Positions 44,458-53,605 of a DNA stretch of 64,000 nt are shown in pieces. The DNA lies in NCBI GenBank assembly GCA_963666055.2, contig CAXWPH010000015.1:1952001-2016000 (forward strand), written 5' to 3'. Source of the stretch: Acidobacteriota bacterium (lineage in GTDB: Bacteria > Acidobacteriota > UBA890 > WLXD01). A program made the position numbers and the translations under genes. Every line of letters begins with the position of its first letter. The first letter of the stretch is position 1. The notes beneath the pieces were generated by a model. The model was given only the letters and a program-made list of their open reading frames with translations, made no database searches and was not told the DNA's origin.

Positions 44458-45645
44458 ATGAGAGACTATTCCGACGCACCGGCAGCCGGTGGGCACCTGT
44501 CGGCGCTGATGCTCGTCACCGCGCTGGCAGTGGCGGCGTGCTCGCCGGGTGACGACGCTGACGGCGAGGCAACCGTCAGCAGCAGCGCGCCGGAATCGTT
44601 CGGGACGCTGCCGGACGGGCGCGACGTTCGGCTGTTCACGCTGACCAACGCCAACGGTCTCCGGGTGCGAGCCATCGAGTACGGCGCCATCCTGCAGTCC
44701 ATCGAGGTGCCGGATCGCCACGGTGAGCTCGCCGACATCGCCCTGGGCTACGACACGCTCGACGGCTACCTGGGCGACAGCCCTTACTTCGGTGCCGTCG
44801 TCGGACGCTACGCGAACCGCATCGCCGGGGGTCGCTTCTCTATCGACGGGGCGGTTAGCACCCTGGCCACAAACAACGACACCAACCATCTGCACGGTGG
44901 CGATCGAGGCTTCGACAAGGTGCTTTGGCATGGCGAAGCCCTTGGGTCGAACGAGGTGGTTTTCGCTTACCGAAGCCCTGACGGCGAGGAAGGCTACCCG
45001 GGGGCGCTCGATGTCACGGTCACCTATCGGCTCACCGACGACGATGCGCTGGTCATCGACTATCAGGCGGTTGCCGATGCGCCGACCCCGGTCAACTTGA
45101 CCCAGCACACGTATTTCAACCTGGCTGCGAGAGGCGACATCTTGGACCACGAGCTTCGCATCAATGCCGATCGCTACACACCCGTCGACGCAACGTTGAT
45201 TCCAACGGGCGAGCTGTCGGCGGTGGCCGACACACCGTTCGACTTCACCACTTCCGCCGCCATCGGGGCGCGTATCGATGCTGACCACGTACAGTTGCGT
45301 CACGGCGGCGGCTACGATCACAACTTCGTTCTCAACATCGCCGCCGACACCGGGATCGACGCGCCGATCCACGCCGCCCGCGTGGTCGAGCCTAACAGCG
45401 GCCGGGTGCTCGACGTATACACCAGCGAGCCCGGCATCCAGCTGTACTCGGGCAACTTCCTCGACGGCTCACAGGTGGGCAAGGGCGGGCGTCGCTACAC
45501 GCATCGGTCCGGGTTCTGTCTGGAGACGCAGCACTTTCCGGACTCCCCGAACCAGCCCTCGTTCCCGACGACGATCGTGCGCCCGGGCCTGGCTTATCGA
45601 ACGCGAACCACACTGCGCTTCTCGGTGAGCACTGCGGAGCAATGA
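44458..45645 (+). CDS. galM: Aldose 1-epimerase (galactose mutarotase), putative lipoprotein
   Basis: GRYANRI, HLHGG, NLTQHTYFNL, GYDHNF, FCLETQHFPDSPN; lipobox LAVAAC. Confidence 0.93.
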   Translation: MRDYSDAPAAGGHLSALMLVTALAVAACSPGDDADGEATVSSSAPESFGTLPDGRDVRLFTLTNANGLRVRAIEYGAILQSIEVPDRHGELADIALGYDTLDGYLGDSPYFGAVVGRYANRIAGGRFSIDGAVSTLATNNDTNHLHGGDRGFDKVLWHGEALGSNEVVFAYRSPDGEEGYPGALDVTVTYRLTDDDALVIDYQAVADAPTPVNLTQHTYFNLAARGDILDHELRINADRYTPVDATLIPTGELSAVADTPFDFTTSAAIGARIDADHVQLRHGGGYDHNFVLNIAADTGIDAPIHAARVVEPNSGRVLDVYTSEPGIQLYSGNFLDGSQVGKGGRRYTHRSGFCLETQHFPDSPNQPSFPTTIVRPGLAYRTRTTLRFSVSTAEQ

Positions 45646-45753
45646 TCCAGCCCAAGCTGTTGGTCGGCACGGTGGCGCGGCGCTGCGTGGGCGCGAGCCT
45701 GTGCCACCTGGTGCCCGGGCATGCGTATGGCGACGGGGGGTTGCGAGGGCCGA

Positions 45754-45796
45754 CTACACAATGTAGGTTTTGAAATCTCAAACTCTACAATGTGAG
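45754..45796. promoter_or_regulatory. Candidate PadR operator pair
   Basis: CTACA-CAA-TGTAG (45754-45766) and CTCTACAATGTGAG (45783-45796) share ACAATGT, just upstream of padR. Confidence 0.55.
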
Positions 45797-45802
45797 GTTG
45801 AT

Positions 45803-46132
45803 ATGGGTGTCGACTACCCCGGTGAGTTCGAGCAAATGCTGCTGCTGGTGATCCTGCAGCTCGGCGACGAAGCGTATGGCGGGCGGGTTCGCGCGCAGTT
45901 GACCGAACTGGTCGGTCGCGAGCCGTCCGCCGGGGCACTCTACACCACGCTTCAGCGCCTCGAGATCAAAGGGTGGGTAGGTGGACGCCAGGCCGCTGGA
46001 TCGGCGCAGAGCGGCGGCCGGCCGCGGCGCTACTTCCGAGTGACGGCCGACGGGCTCGCGGCATTGCGGCGCTCGCGTTCGGCGCTGCTGACGCTCTGGG
46101 AACCGGTTGCCGGGGCACTGGACGAAGCATGA
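45803..46132 (+). CDS. PadR-family transcriptional regulator (acidobacterial type)
   Basis: GEFEQMLLL...AYG...GALYTTLQRLE.KG...GGRPRRYF.VT. Confidence 0.9.
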   Translation: MGVDYPGEFEQMLLLVILQLGDEAYGGRVRAQLTELVGREPSAGALYTTLQRLEIKGWVGGRQAAGSAQSGGRPRRYFRVTADGLAALRRSRSALLTLWEPVAGALDEA

Positions 46133-48891
46133 GTCGGCCACCAGGACTCCTGGGCCGGCTACTGCTCCGGGTCGTGCCACAGCATGGCTTCGCGGCATCG
46201 GTGGTCGGCGACCTGGACGAGATTCGCACCCGGGAAACACGGAAGCTGGGTCATGCTCGCGCCGGTGCCCGTCACGTACGCCGTGTCACTAGTGTGCTGC
46301 TGCACTTCGGTCGCGCCCGGCTGGGCGGAGGCGGGGCGCAAGCCGAGGGCCCGGCAGGTGACCTCGGATCTGCTCGCCGAACCGGTGGCCCCAATGCGGC
46401 CCGCGGCCCGGTGCGCCGGGCGTCGGGCGGTTGGGGGCGGGGACTGGGACAGGATCTGCGCGTCGCCGTTCGCAAGTGGGCGCGAAGTCCGCTGGCAGCG
46501 CTCGTCGTGGTGCTGACGCTCGCCATTGGTATCGGCGCCAACACCGCCATCTTCAGCGTCGTGAACGTCGTGCTCGTGCGGCCGCTTCCGTACCCCGACG
46601 CTGACCAGCTCGTTGTCGTCTATACGGAGCTGCGAGGCCAGGGCGAGACCGTGCCGGCGAGCTCGCCACCGGAGTTCCAGGACCTGCTCGATCACGCCGA
46701 CGCGTTCGCGTCGCTGGGAGCCATGTGGTACCGACCCGCCGCCTTGACCGACGATGGAGTCGAGCCCGAGGACATCGACATGGCGTTCGTCTCCGCCGGG
46801 CTCTTACCAACGCTCGGTGTGGAGCCGCTGCTGGGGCGTTTTCCGCTACCTGAGGAAGATCACACCCAATCGCAGGTCGTCGTGTTGGCGCACGATACGT
46901 GGCAGCGACGTTATGGCGGCGACCCCGATCTCGTCGGGCGCACGATCGAGTTCGACGGTGTCGCACGAACGGTCGTCGGTGTGATGCCGGCAGAGTTCCG
47001 CATGTTGTTCCCGCCCGATATCCGCATGCCTAGCCGTGTGGCAGCGTGGATGACCTGGGGCGGCGACTACGACGAGTATCCGCGACGTTGGCGCGTCTTG
47101 ACTGCGATCGGTCGCCTGCGACCGGGGCTCAACGCCGCCGCCGCAACTGCAGAGTTGCGTGGCGTCGCCGAACAGGTCCGCATTGACCACGCCGACGACT
47201 ACGCCGGCTCCGGCTACGACTTGCGACTCGAGCCGCTAGCCGACGACCTGGTGGCACACTCGCGTCCAACGCTGGTGCTCCTGCTCGTCGCGGTAGCGCT
47301 GGTTCTGCTGATCGCCTGCGCCAACGTCGCTAATTTCATGCTGGGACGCTCGCTACATGCATCGCGTGAGCTCGCTATCCGCGGTGCCCTGGGGGCCACC
47401 GGCTGGCGGCTGTTCCGGCAGCTAGCGACGGAGAGCGCGGTGGTCACCTTTGCCGGCGCGGCGCTCGGCCTCGCCCTGGCGAGCTGGGGGATCCGGGCGT
47501 TGCCGCTGTTGGCGCCGGCGGATCTACCGCGTGTGGAGAGGGTCGGTATCGACGGGTCGGTGCTGATCTTCACCACCCTGGTAGCGGTCGCGACGGCGCT
47601 GGTTTTCGGCAGCGCGATGGCGATGCAGCTGCGGACGCGCAGCCAAACAGAAGTCTTGAAGGCGGGCGCCCGGGCGCTTACTGGCTCTGGTAGCGAGCGC
47701 ATGCGTAACGTCCTCGTGGTGGGCCAGGTGGCGCTGTCGTTGATGTTGTTGATCGGCGCCGGGTTGGTGGTGCGCAGCTTCGCGCTGCTGTCGCGCGTCG
47801 ATCCCGGTTTCGATCCCTCCGGCGCGCTGACCATGAAGCTGTCGTTGGTCGATGCTCACTATCCCTATTCCGAGCCGGCGAAGATCGCGGAGTTTTATCG
47901 GCAGCTGGTCGCTCGCGTCGGCGAGCTCGCTGGTGTCGGCGCGGTGGGTGCCACCACGCAGCTACCGCTCGACGGCAGCTCGTACTCCATGGCGCCGTAT
48001 GCCTACGAAGCGGCGGAAGGCGTGATGGAGTGGAACAGCATCGCGGCGAACTACCGCACGATAACCCCGGGGTGGCTCGAGGCGATCGGAGCACGGCTGG
48101 TCGAGGGACGGACCTTGGCATGGACCGACAACATGGATGCGGCGCGAGTTGTCGTCATCGATCAAAGCTTGGCGCGCCGCGCCTGGCCCGAGGCCAGTGC
48201 CGTGGGACAGCGCTTGCAGATCGAGGTCTTTCTGGCTGGCCAGCGCTACAGCGAGTGGGCCGAGATCGTCGGCGTGGTCGAGCATCTGCGGCATCACCCC
48301 AGCGCCGTCGGATCCGAGCAGGTCTACGTGGCACATTCCCAGGCCCCGATGCGGACCATGGCGTTGACGGTTCGCACCGACGCCGATGCACGCTCGCTGG
48401 TGGAATCGGTGCGCGCCATCGTTCACGAGATCGATTCCGACCAACCGCTACAGCGGGTGCGGCCGCTGGCGGAGTACCTCGGCGAATCCATCGCGCCAAT
48501 GCGTTTCGCGCTCACGCTACTCGGCGCGTTCGCCATTGCCGCGCTGTTGCTGGCGATGCTCGGTGTGTATGCCATCGTCGCGTACGGAGTAACTCAGCGG
48601 GCTCGAGAGCTCGGTATCCGCATGGCGATCGGGGCATCTCCGACGGCCGTGGTCCGCGACGTAGTGGGTCGGACCGCGGTGCTCGCGGCAGCCGGCGTCG
48701 CCATCGGTCTGCTCGGCGCGTTGGCGCTGTCGCAGTTCATGTCGGGCCTGTTGTTCGGCGTGGCGCCGACCGACCCACTGGTATTCGCCGCGGTGGCCGG
48801 CCTGTTCACTGCCGTGGCGCTATGCGCCTGCTACATACCAGCGCGCGGCGCCGCCCGCCTGGATCCCGCCAGTGCCCTGCGCCGCGACTAG
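46129..48891 (+). CDS. ADOP-type duplicated MacB/FtsX ABC permease
   Basis: TLAIGIGANTAIFSVVN..L.RPLPY, LLIACANVAN, RELAIRGALGA, RELGIRMAIGA, YIPAR.A.RLDP..ALR; ATGA overlap with padR. Confidence 0.93.
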   Translation: MSRPPGLLGRLLLRVVPQHGFAASVVGDLDEIRTRETRKLGHARAGARHVRRVTSVLLHFGRARLGGGGAQAEGPAGDLGSARRTGGPNAARGPVRRASGGWGRGLGQDLRVAVRKWARSPLAALVVVLTLAIGIGANTAIFSVVNVVLVRPLPYPDADQLVVVYTELRGQGETVPASSPPEFQDLLDHADAFASLGAMWYRPAALTDDGVEPEDIDMAFVSAGLLPTLGVEPLLGRFPLPEEDHTQSQVVVLAHDTWQRRYGGDPDLVGRTIEFDGVARTVVGVMPAEFRMLFPPDIRMPSRVAAWMTWGGDYDEYPRRWRVLTAIGRLRPGLNAAAATAELRGVAEQVRIDHADDYAGSGYDLRLEPLADDLVAHSRPTLVLLLVAVALVLLIACANVANFMLGRSLHASRELAIRGALGATGWRLFRQLATESAVVTFAGAALGLALASWGIRALPLLAPADLPRVERVGIDGSVLIFTTLVAVATALVFGSAMAMQLRTRSQTEVLKAGARALTGSGSERMRNVLVVGQVALSLMLLIGAGLVVRSFALLSRVDPGFDPSGALTMKLSLVDAHYPYSEPAKIAEFYRQLVARVGELAGVGAVGATTQLPLDGSSYSMAPYAYEAAEGVMEWNSIAANYRTITPGWLEAIGARLVEGRTLAWTDNMDAARVVVIDQSLARRAWPEASAVGQRLQIEVFLAGQRYSEWAEIVGVVEHLRHHPSAVGSEQVYVAHSQAPMRTMALTVRTDADARSLVESVRAIVHEIDSDQPLQRVRPLAEYLGESIAPMRFALTLLGAFAIAALLLAMLGVYAIVAYGVTQRARELGIRMAIGASPTAVVRDVVGRTAVLAAAGVAIGLLGALALSQFMSGLLFGVAPTDPLVFAAVAGLFTAVALCACYIPARGAARLDPASALRRD

Positions 48892-48900
48892 CTTGCTCGT

Positions 48901-50703
48901 CTACGAGTCAAGGCGCTCGATGGTGCCACGGAGCAGGAGCCAGGTGTCGGGGTCGAGCACGACTGCCGTCGGTTCGTTCCCGGCGTTGATCGAGAAGCGA
49001 TCCGAGGCTGTTTGCAGCTCGACGACTTCGCGGTGGCGCGACCCGTCGCCGTTTTGCAGCTCGATGGTGAGCGGCATTCGGTACACGTAGTCGCCCGGCT
49101 GGCGGAGCTCCAGAACGACCGCGCGCGAAGCAGCATCGTAGCGCCAGGAGCCTTCCAGGTTGATGCCGCCACCGCCGCGGTAGAGCCACTGGTCAAAAAA
49201 CCACTTCAGCTCATGTCCTGATGTTTCCTCCATGACGCGACGGAAATCGTCGGTCGACGCGTGGCCGTTGAAGTAGCTAGCGTAATACCGACGGATTCCC
49301 TTCCAGAACGCCTCCGTACCCATGAGGCCGCGCAGCATGTGCAGCGTCCACGCGCCCTTCTGATACTGCATGCTGGTGGTGATCGCCGACATGTCGTCGA
49401 GGTTGTCGTGCACGACGCGATAGTCGGGGTTGCCGTCGTAGAAAGCCGAAACGCGTTCGCGGGCGCTGCGCAGACCCGCGACAAACGCGTCGCGACCATA
49501 CTCGTGTTCGATGAACAACAGGGTGAAGTAGGTGGCGAACCCCTCGCTCAGCCAGACATCGTCCCAGTCGTACTCGGTGACCGCGTTGCCGAACCACTGA
49601 TGGGCGATCTCGTGGATGATGACGTTGCGCCACCGGATGCTACGGGTTCCGGTCACTGAGTCGTCGCCATAGAAGATCGCCGAGGCGGCCTCCATGCCGC
49701 CGCCGACGCTGTTGGATTGGATGTTGGCGAGCTTCTCGTAGGCGTAGGGCCCTATCGAGCTGCTGTAGAAATCCAGCACCTGGCGCGTCGGGTAGGCGAA
49801 GTCATAGAACCCCGCGTCGCGGTCCTGCGCATACACCCAGGTCTGTATCGGTACGCCGGCGTGATCGCCGAGATGCTGCACGGCGAAGCGCGCCGCGCCG
49901 AGCATGTACAGCCACGAGGCGATCGGCACCGACTGACGCCAATGGGTCAATCGGTTCCCATCAGCCAGGTCGGTCTCTTCGACTAGCAGCCCGTTGGAGA
50001 CCACCTGATAGTGGCCGGGCGCCGTCACCACCAGTTGGCTCTTCGCCTTGTCGTAGGGGTGATCCACGGTCGGCAGCCAGTTGCGAGCCTTGTTCGGCCA
50101 GTTGTCGGAGAAGAACGTGCGGTCGCCGTGCTTGTTTTCACCGATGATCAAACCGGTGGCCGGGACGCCGGTGTAGGCAACGGTCACCAAGACGCGCTGG
50201 CCTGAAGTGGACGAGCTCGCCAGCTCGACACGCAGACGCCCGGCCTCATGAGTGAACGGCGCCGGTGCGCCTCGGTCGGGCTCCGCCACCCCCGGTGCCA
50301 TCACCGTGTGCTCGTCGAGACCTCCAGCCAACCAGGCGCCGGTCACCTGCATCCCGTTCGGGCTGTCGGGGGCGTCGCGCCCGATGAGATCGAGCTCGAT
50401 CGCGGTGAGCCCTGCGGCGCGCAGCCGCAGGTCGACGGTGGTCAAGCCGACGATCGAGTCCGTGTCGTCGCTCAGCGTCAACCGGAAGACATACTCGTTG
50501 ACGTCGATATTCGGGTTCTTCGGGTACGTATCGGAGGCGCTGGCGGATACCACTGATGCGGCGAGGGTGATCCACAGCGCCATCGCAGCCGGCATGCGGC
50601 GGGTTCTGCTCAAACGACCAACGCCGGTCGGTAGTGAACCGCGATCACGGTCGGGAGTGCGCCTGCCGGCGACCCCACGGAGCGACGCCTTGTCATGCGC
50701 CAT
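48901..50703 (-). CDS. M1 family aminopeptidase, probably exported
   Basis: GGMEA, HEIAHQWFG...WLSEGF, YQKGAW.LHML; start uncertain (50703 or 50595). Confidence 0.92.
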   Translation of the reverse strand: MAHDKASLRGVAGRRTPDRDRGSLPTGVGRLSRTRRMPAAMALWITLAASVVSASASDTYPKNPNIDVNEYVFRLTLSDDTDSIVGLTTVDLRLRAAGLTAIELDLIGRDAPDSPNGMQVTGAWLAGGLDEHTVMAPGVAEPDRGAPAPFTHEAGRLRVELASSSTSGQRVLVTVAYTGVPATGLIIGENKHGDRTFFSDNWPNKARNWLPTVDHPYDKAKSQLVVTAPGHYQVVSNGLLVEETDLADGNRLTHWRQSVPIASWLYMLGAARFAVQHLGDHAGVPIQTWVYAQDRDAGFYDFAYPTRQVLDFYSSSIGPYAYEKLANIQSNSVGGGMEAASAIFYGDDSVTGTRSIRWRNVIIHEIAHQWFGNAVTEYDWDDVWLSEGFATYFTLLFIEHEYGRDAFVAGLRSARERVSAFYDGNPDYRVVHDNLDDMSAITTSMQYQKGAWTLHMLRGLMGTEAFWKGIRRYYASYFNGHASTDDFRRVMEETSGHELKWFFDQWLYRGGGGINLEGSWRYDAASRAVVLELRQPGDYVYRMPLTIELQNGDGSRHREVVELQTASDRFSINAGNEPTAVVLDPDTWLLLRGTIERLDS

Positions 50704-52321
50704 TTTCGGACGTCGGAGCCGGCTCGTCTTCGATGCCGAGGTCGCGTCGTAGCCTGGCGAGCTCGTCTTGTAGCTCCGTCCGCAGCTCGTCATGGGTGGG
50801 ATCGCCATGGATGCTCCTGAGCTCGTGTGGGTCGGTCGACAGGTCGAACATCTCCCACTCATCGGTGTCCGGGAACCGCACCAGCTTGTGCCGTTCGGTA
50901 ACCACCCCGTAGTGCTCGGCCACGGCGTGCGGGCCAGCTAGCCCCTCGTAGTAGTGGTAGTAGAAGCTCTCGCGCCAGTCGTCGGGCGCCTCGCCGCGCA
51001 ACAGGGGCACGAGGCTGCGTCCATGCATGCTCTCCGGCGCCTCGAGCCCGGCGACGTCGAGAAAAGTTGGCGCGAAATCGAGGTTCGACACTATCAGCGG
51101 GCTGGTCCCGCCAGGGGTGGTGCCGCCAGGCCAGCGAACCAGCAGCGGGGTGCGCAACGACTCCTCGTAGATCCAACGCTTGTCGAACCAACCGTGCTCG
51201 CCCAGATAGAAGCCCTGGTCGGAGGCGTATACCACCAGGGTGTTATCGGCGAGCCCCAGCGCTTCGAGGGAGTCGAGCAGGCGTCCGACACTAGTGTCGA
51301 TGGCGTCGATGGTGCGCAGATAGTCGCGCAGATACTCCTGGTACTTCCAGCGGACGAGCTGGCGGCCGGTGAGTCCGGCGGCGGCGAACGCTTCGTTGCG
51401 CGGTGAGTATGTGGCGTCCCAGGTGGCTCGCTGCTCGGGTGTGAGCCGGCCGATCAGGCGCGCCCAATACTCGCCTTCCCCGTCGGGTGCCGAGCCCGAG
51501 GTGGCCGGCCACACCTTGAGGTCCGACACCAGCGTCATGTGCCGATCGATCTCCATCTCCTGGCTCGATGCCGGGCTGGCGCGGCCGGAGTAGTCGTCGA
51601 ACAACGTCGGCGGCTCCGGGAACACGGTGTCCTTATAGGCGCTCAGCTCGGCTGGGCCCGGCATCCAGTTGCGATGCGGGGCCTTGTGCCCGAGCCACAT
51701 GAAGAACGGGCGTTCGGGGTCGCGCTCGTCGCCAAGCCAAGCGATCGCCAGGTCGGTGATCACCTCGGTCACGTAGCCCTCACGGCGCACCGTGCCGGCG
51801 GGAGTCAGCAGATCTGGGTTGTAGTAGTCGCCTTGGCCCGGCAGCACCTCCCAGCGATCGAACCCGGTAGGGGCGCTCTTCAGGTGCCATTTGCCGAAGG
51901 CCGCGGTCTCGTAGCCGGCGGCCTGCAGCAGCCTGGGAAAGGTAGTCTGCGAGCCGTCGAACTCGCCGCGGTTGTCGAGCACACCGTTGACGTGGCTGTA
52001 CATTCCCGTCAACACGACGGCGCGGCTCGGCGCGCAGATCGAGTTGGTCACCAGCGCTCGATCGAAGCGCATGCCGCCGTTGGCGATGCGGTCGATGTTC
52101 GGCGTCTCGTTGAGCACCGAGCCGTAGGCGCCGAGTGCCTGATACGCGTGGTCGTCGGCGAAGATGAACAGGATGTTCGGCCGGGAGCCGCCCCCGATGA
52201 CCGCGCTCGGTCCTGCTGCGCGGCAGCCGCACAACACACCCAGCAAGATCGCCGCCGCAATGGGAATGCGGGCTGCGAGCCGGCATCGTAAGCGGCCTGA
52301 GCTGGGCCGTCGAACGGCCAT
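50693..52321 (-). CDS. Cys-type (formylglycine) sulfatase, putative lipoprotein
   Basis: PNILFIFADD, SICAPSRA.LTG, GKWHL, HKAPH, SDQG..LGEH..DKR; start uncertain. Confidence 0.93.
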   Translation of the reverse strand: MAVRRPSSGRLRCRLAARIPIAAAILLGVLCGCRAAGPSAVIGGGSRPNILFIFADDHAYQALGAYGSVLNETPNIDRIANGGMRFDRALVTNSICAPSRAVVLTGMYSHVNGVLDNRGEFDGSQTTFPRLLQAAGYETAAFGKWHLKSAPTGFDRWEVLPGQGDYYNPDLLTPAGTVRREGYVTEVITDLAIAWLGDERDPERPFFMWLGHKAPHRNWMPGPAELSAYKDTVFPEPPTLFDDYSGRASPASSQEMEIDRHMTLVSDLKVWPATSGSAPDGEGEYWARLIGRLTPEQRATWDATYSPRNEAFAAAGLTGRQLVRWKYQEYLRDYLRTIDAIDTSVGRLLDSLEALGLADNTLVVYASDQGFYLGEHGWFDKRWIYEESLRTPLLVRWPGGTTPGGTSPLIVSNLDFAPTFLDVAGLEAPESMHGRSLVPLLRGEAPDDWRESFYYHYYEGLAGPHAVAEHYGVVTERHKLVRFPDTDEWEMFDLSTDPHELRSIHGDPTHDELRTELQDELARLRRDLGIEDEPAPTSENGA

Positions 52322-52486
52322 CGCGTACCTCAGGGAAATTGCCCCCGGTCGCGGTCGGCTCCGGAGGCCATGATCCGAATGGTCAGCGCGCACAGCGGGC
52401 GCACAGTAAGGACGAAGGCGCCCACGGACCAATCCGGGGCGCCTCGTCGATCACGGTAAGTTGTCGCAACTACAGTGAAAGAGAAG

Positions 52487-52559
52487 CTCCTGAGGTAGGA
52501 CTTGAACCTACAACCCTCCGGTTAACAGCCGGATGCTCTGCCAATTGAGCTACTCAGGA
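52487..52559 (-). tRNA. tRNA-Asn(GTT)
   Basis: TCCTGAG acceptor stem, TAGCTCAATTGGCAGAGC D-arm, CT-GTT-AA loop, GTTCAA T-loop; CCA not encoded. Confidence 0.97.
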
Positions 52560-52683
52560 AACAAGAGGCGCCGGAGCGCCTGTTGCTGTCGTGGCGCAGA
52601 GTTCGAGCGACACCACCAGCGCGGAAAAGGTACCACCGTTGTCCGTCCGCGGACAACAACTTCGCAGGGTCCGAGGGACTCGG

Positions 52684-53286
52684 CTACAGCTCCCGGCGCC
52701 CCTCCAGCGCTCGCGACATCGTGACCTCGTCGGCATACTCGATATCACCGCCCACCGGGATACCTGCGGCGATCCGCGTCACCTTGGCGCCGGTGGGCTT
52801 CAGCAGCCTGGCCAGGTAGGCAGCGGTTGCCTCGCCCTCGACGGTCGGGTTGGTCGCCACGATCACCTCGCGCACGTGGTTGTCGCGTACGCGCCGCTCG
52901 AGCTGACCGAGATGGAGCTCGTCGGGCCCGATTCCGTCGAGTGGCGACAGCGACCCGCCGAGGACGTGATAGCGGCCTCGGAAACGACTGGTGCGCTCGA
53001 TCGCCGCGAGGTCGTGTCCTTCCTCGACGACGCACAGCAGCGCGTCGTCGCGGTTGGGGTCCGTACAGTAGGCGCAAGGGTTCTCGTCGCTCAGCAAGTT
53101 GCAACGGTCGCAGGGACGGATCTTCCGCCGCACCTCGAGCAGCGCCTCGGCCAGCTCCCGCGTCTCGGATGCCGGCGCCTTGAGTAGGTAGAACGCCAGT
53201 CTCTGGGCTGTCTTCCGTCCGATCGTCGGCAGGCGTTGGAGTCGGTCGATCAGGTCCGCCACCGGGCCCGACTCGGTATAGCTCAC
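52684..53286 (-). CDS. recR: Recombination protein RecR
   Basis: LPTIGRKTAQRLA, C4 zinc finger, YHVLGG.LSP.DG, ATNPTVEGE. Confidence 0.98.
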   Translation of the reverse strand: MSYTESGPVADLIDRLQRLPTIGRKTAQRLAFYLLKAPASETRELAEALLEVRRKIRPCDRCNLLSDENPCAYCTDPNRDDALLCVVEEGHDLAAIERTSRFRGRYHVLGGSLSPLDGIGPDELHLGQLERRVRDNHVREVIVATNPTVEGEATAAYLARLLKPTGAKVTRIAAGIPVGGDIEYADEVTMSRALEGRREL

Positions 53287-53289
53287 CGG

Positions 53290-53601
53290 CTAGCCAAGCA
53301 GTCCGCCGAGTGCACCGAGGCCACCCGGGATCATGCCGCCGATCTTCTGCTGCGCCTGCTCCTCGGCTCGTCGTACCGCTTCTCCGACCGCCGACACCAC
53401 GAGGTCTTGCAACATCTCCACGTCATCGGGATCGACCACGCCGGGCTCGATCTTGAGCTCGAGAAGGGCCTTTGCGCCGTTAACGGTTGCCGTGACCATG
53501 CCGCCACCAACCGAAGCTGAAACGCGCATTTCCTCGAGCTCGGCCTGCAGTTTTTCCTGCATCTGCTGCGCTTGGCGCATCATCTTCTTCATGTCCATCA
53601 T
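53290..53601 (-). CDS. ybaB: YbaB/EbfC nucleoid-associated protein
   Basis: QAQQMQ, GGGMV, DVEMLQDLV; between dnaX and recR. Confidence 0.96.
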   Translation of the reverse strand: MMDMKKMMRQAQQMQEKLQAELEEMRVSASVGGGMVTATVNGAKALLELKIEPGVVDPDDVEMLQDLVVSAVGEAVRRAEEQAQQKIGGMIPGGLGALGGLLG

Positions 53602-53605
53602 CGAC

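Noticed and set aside
52440-52500. Integrated island using tRNA-Asn as attB
   Set aside because: No integrase and no meaningful duplicate of the tRNA 3' end; the 10-bp match near 6272 lies inside parB and is chance.
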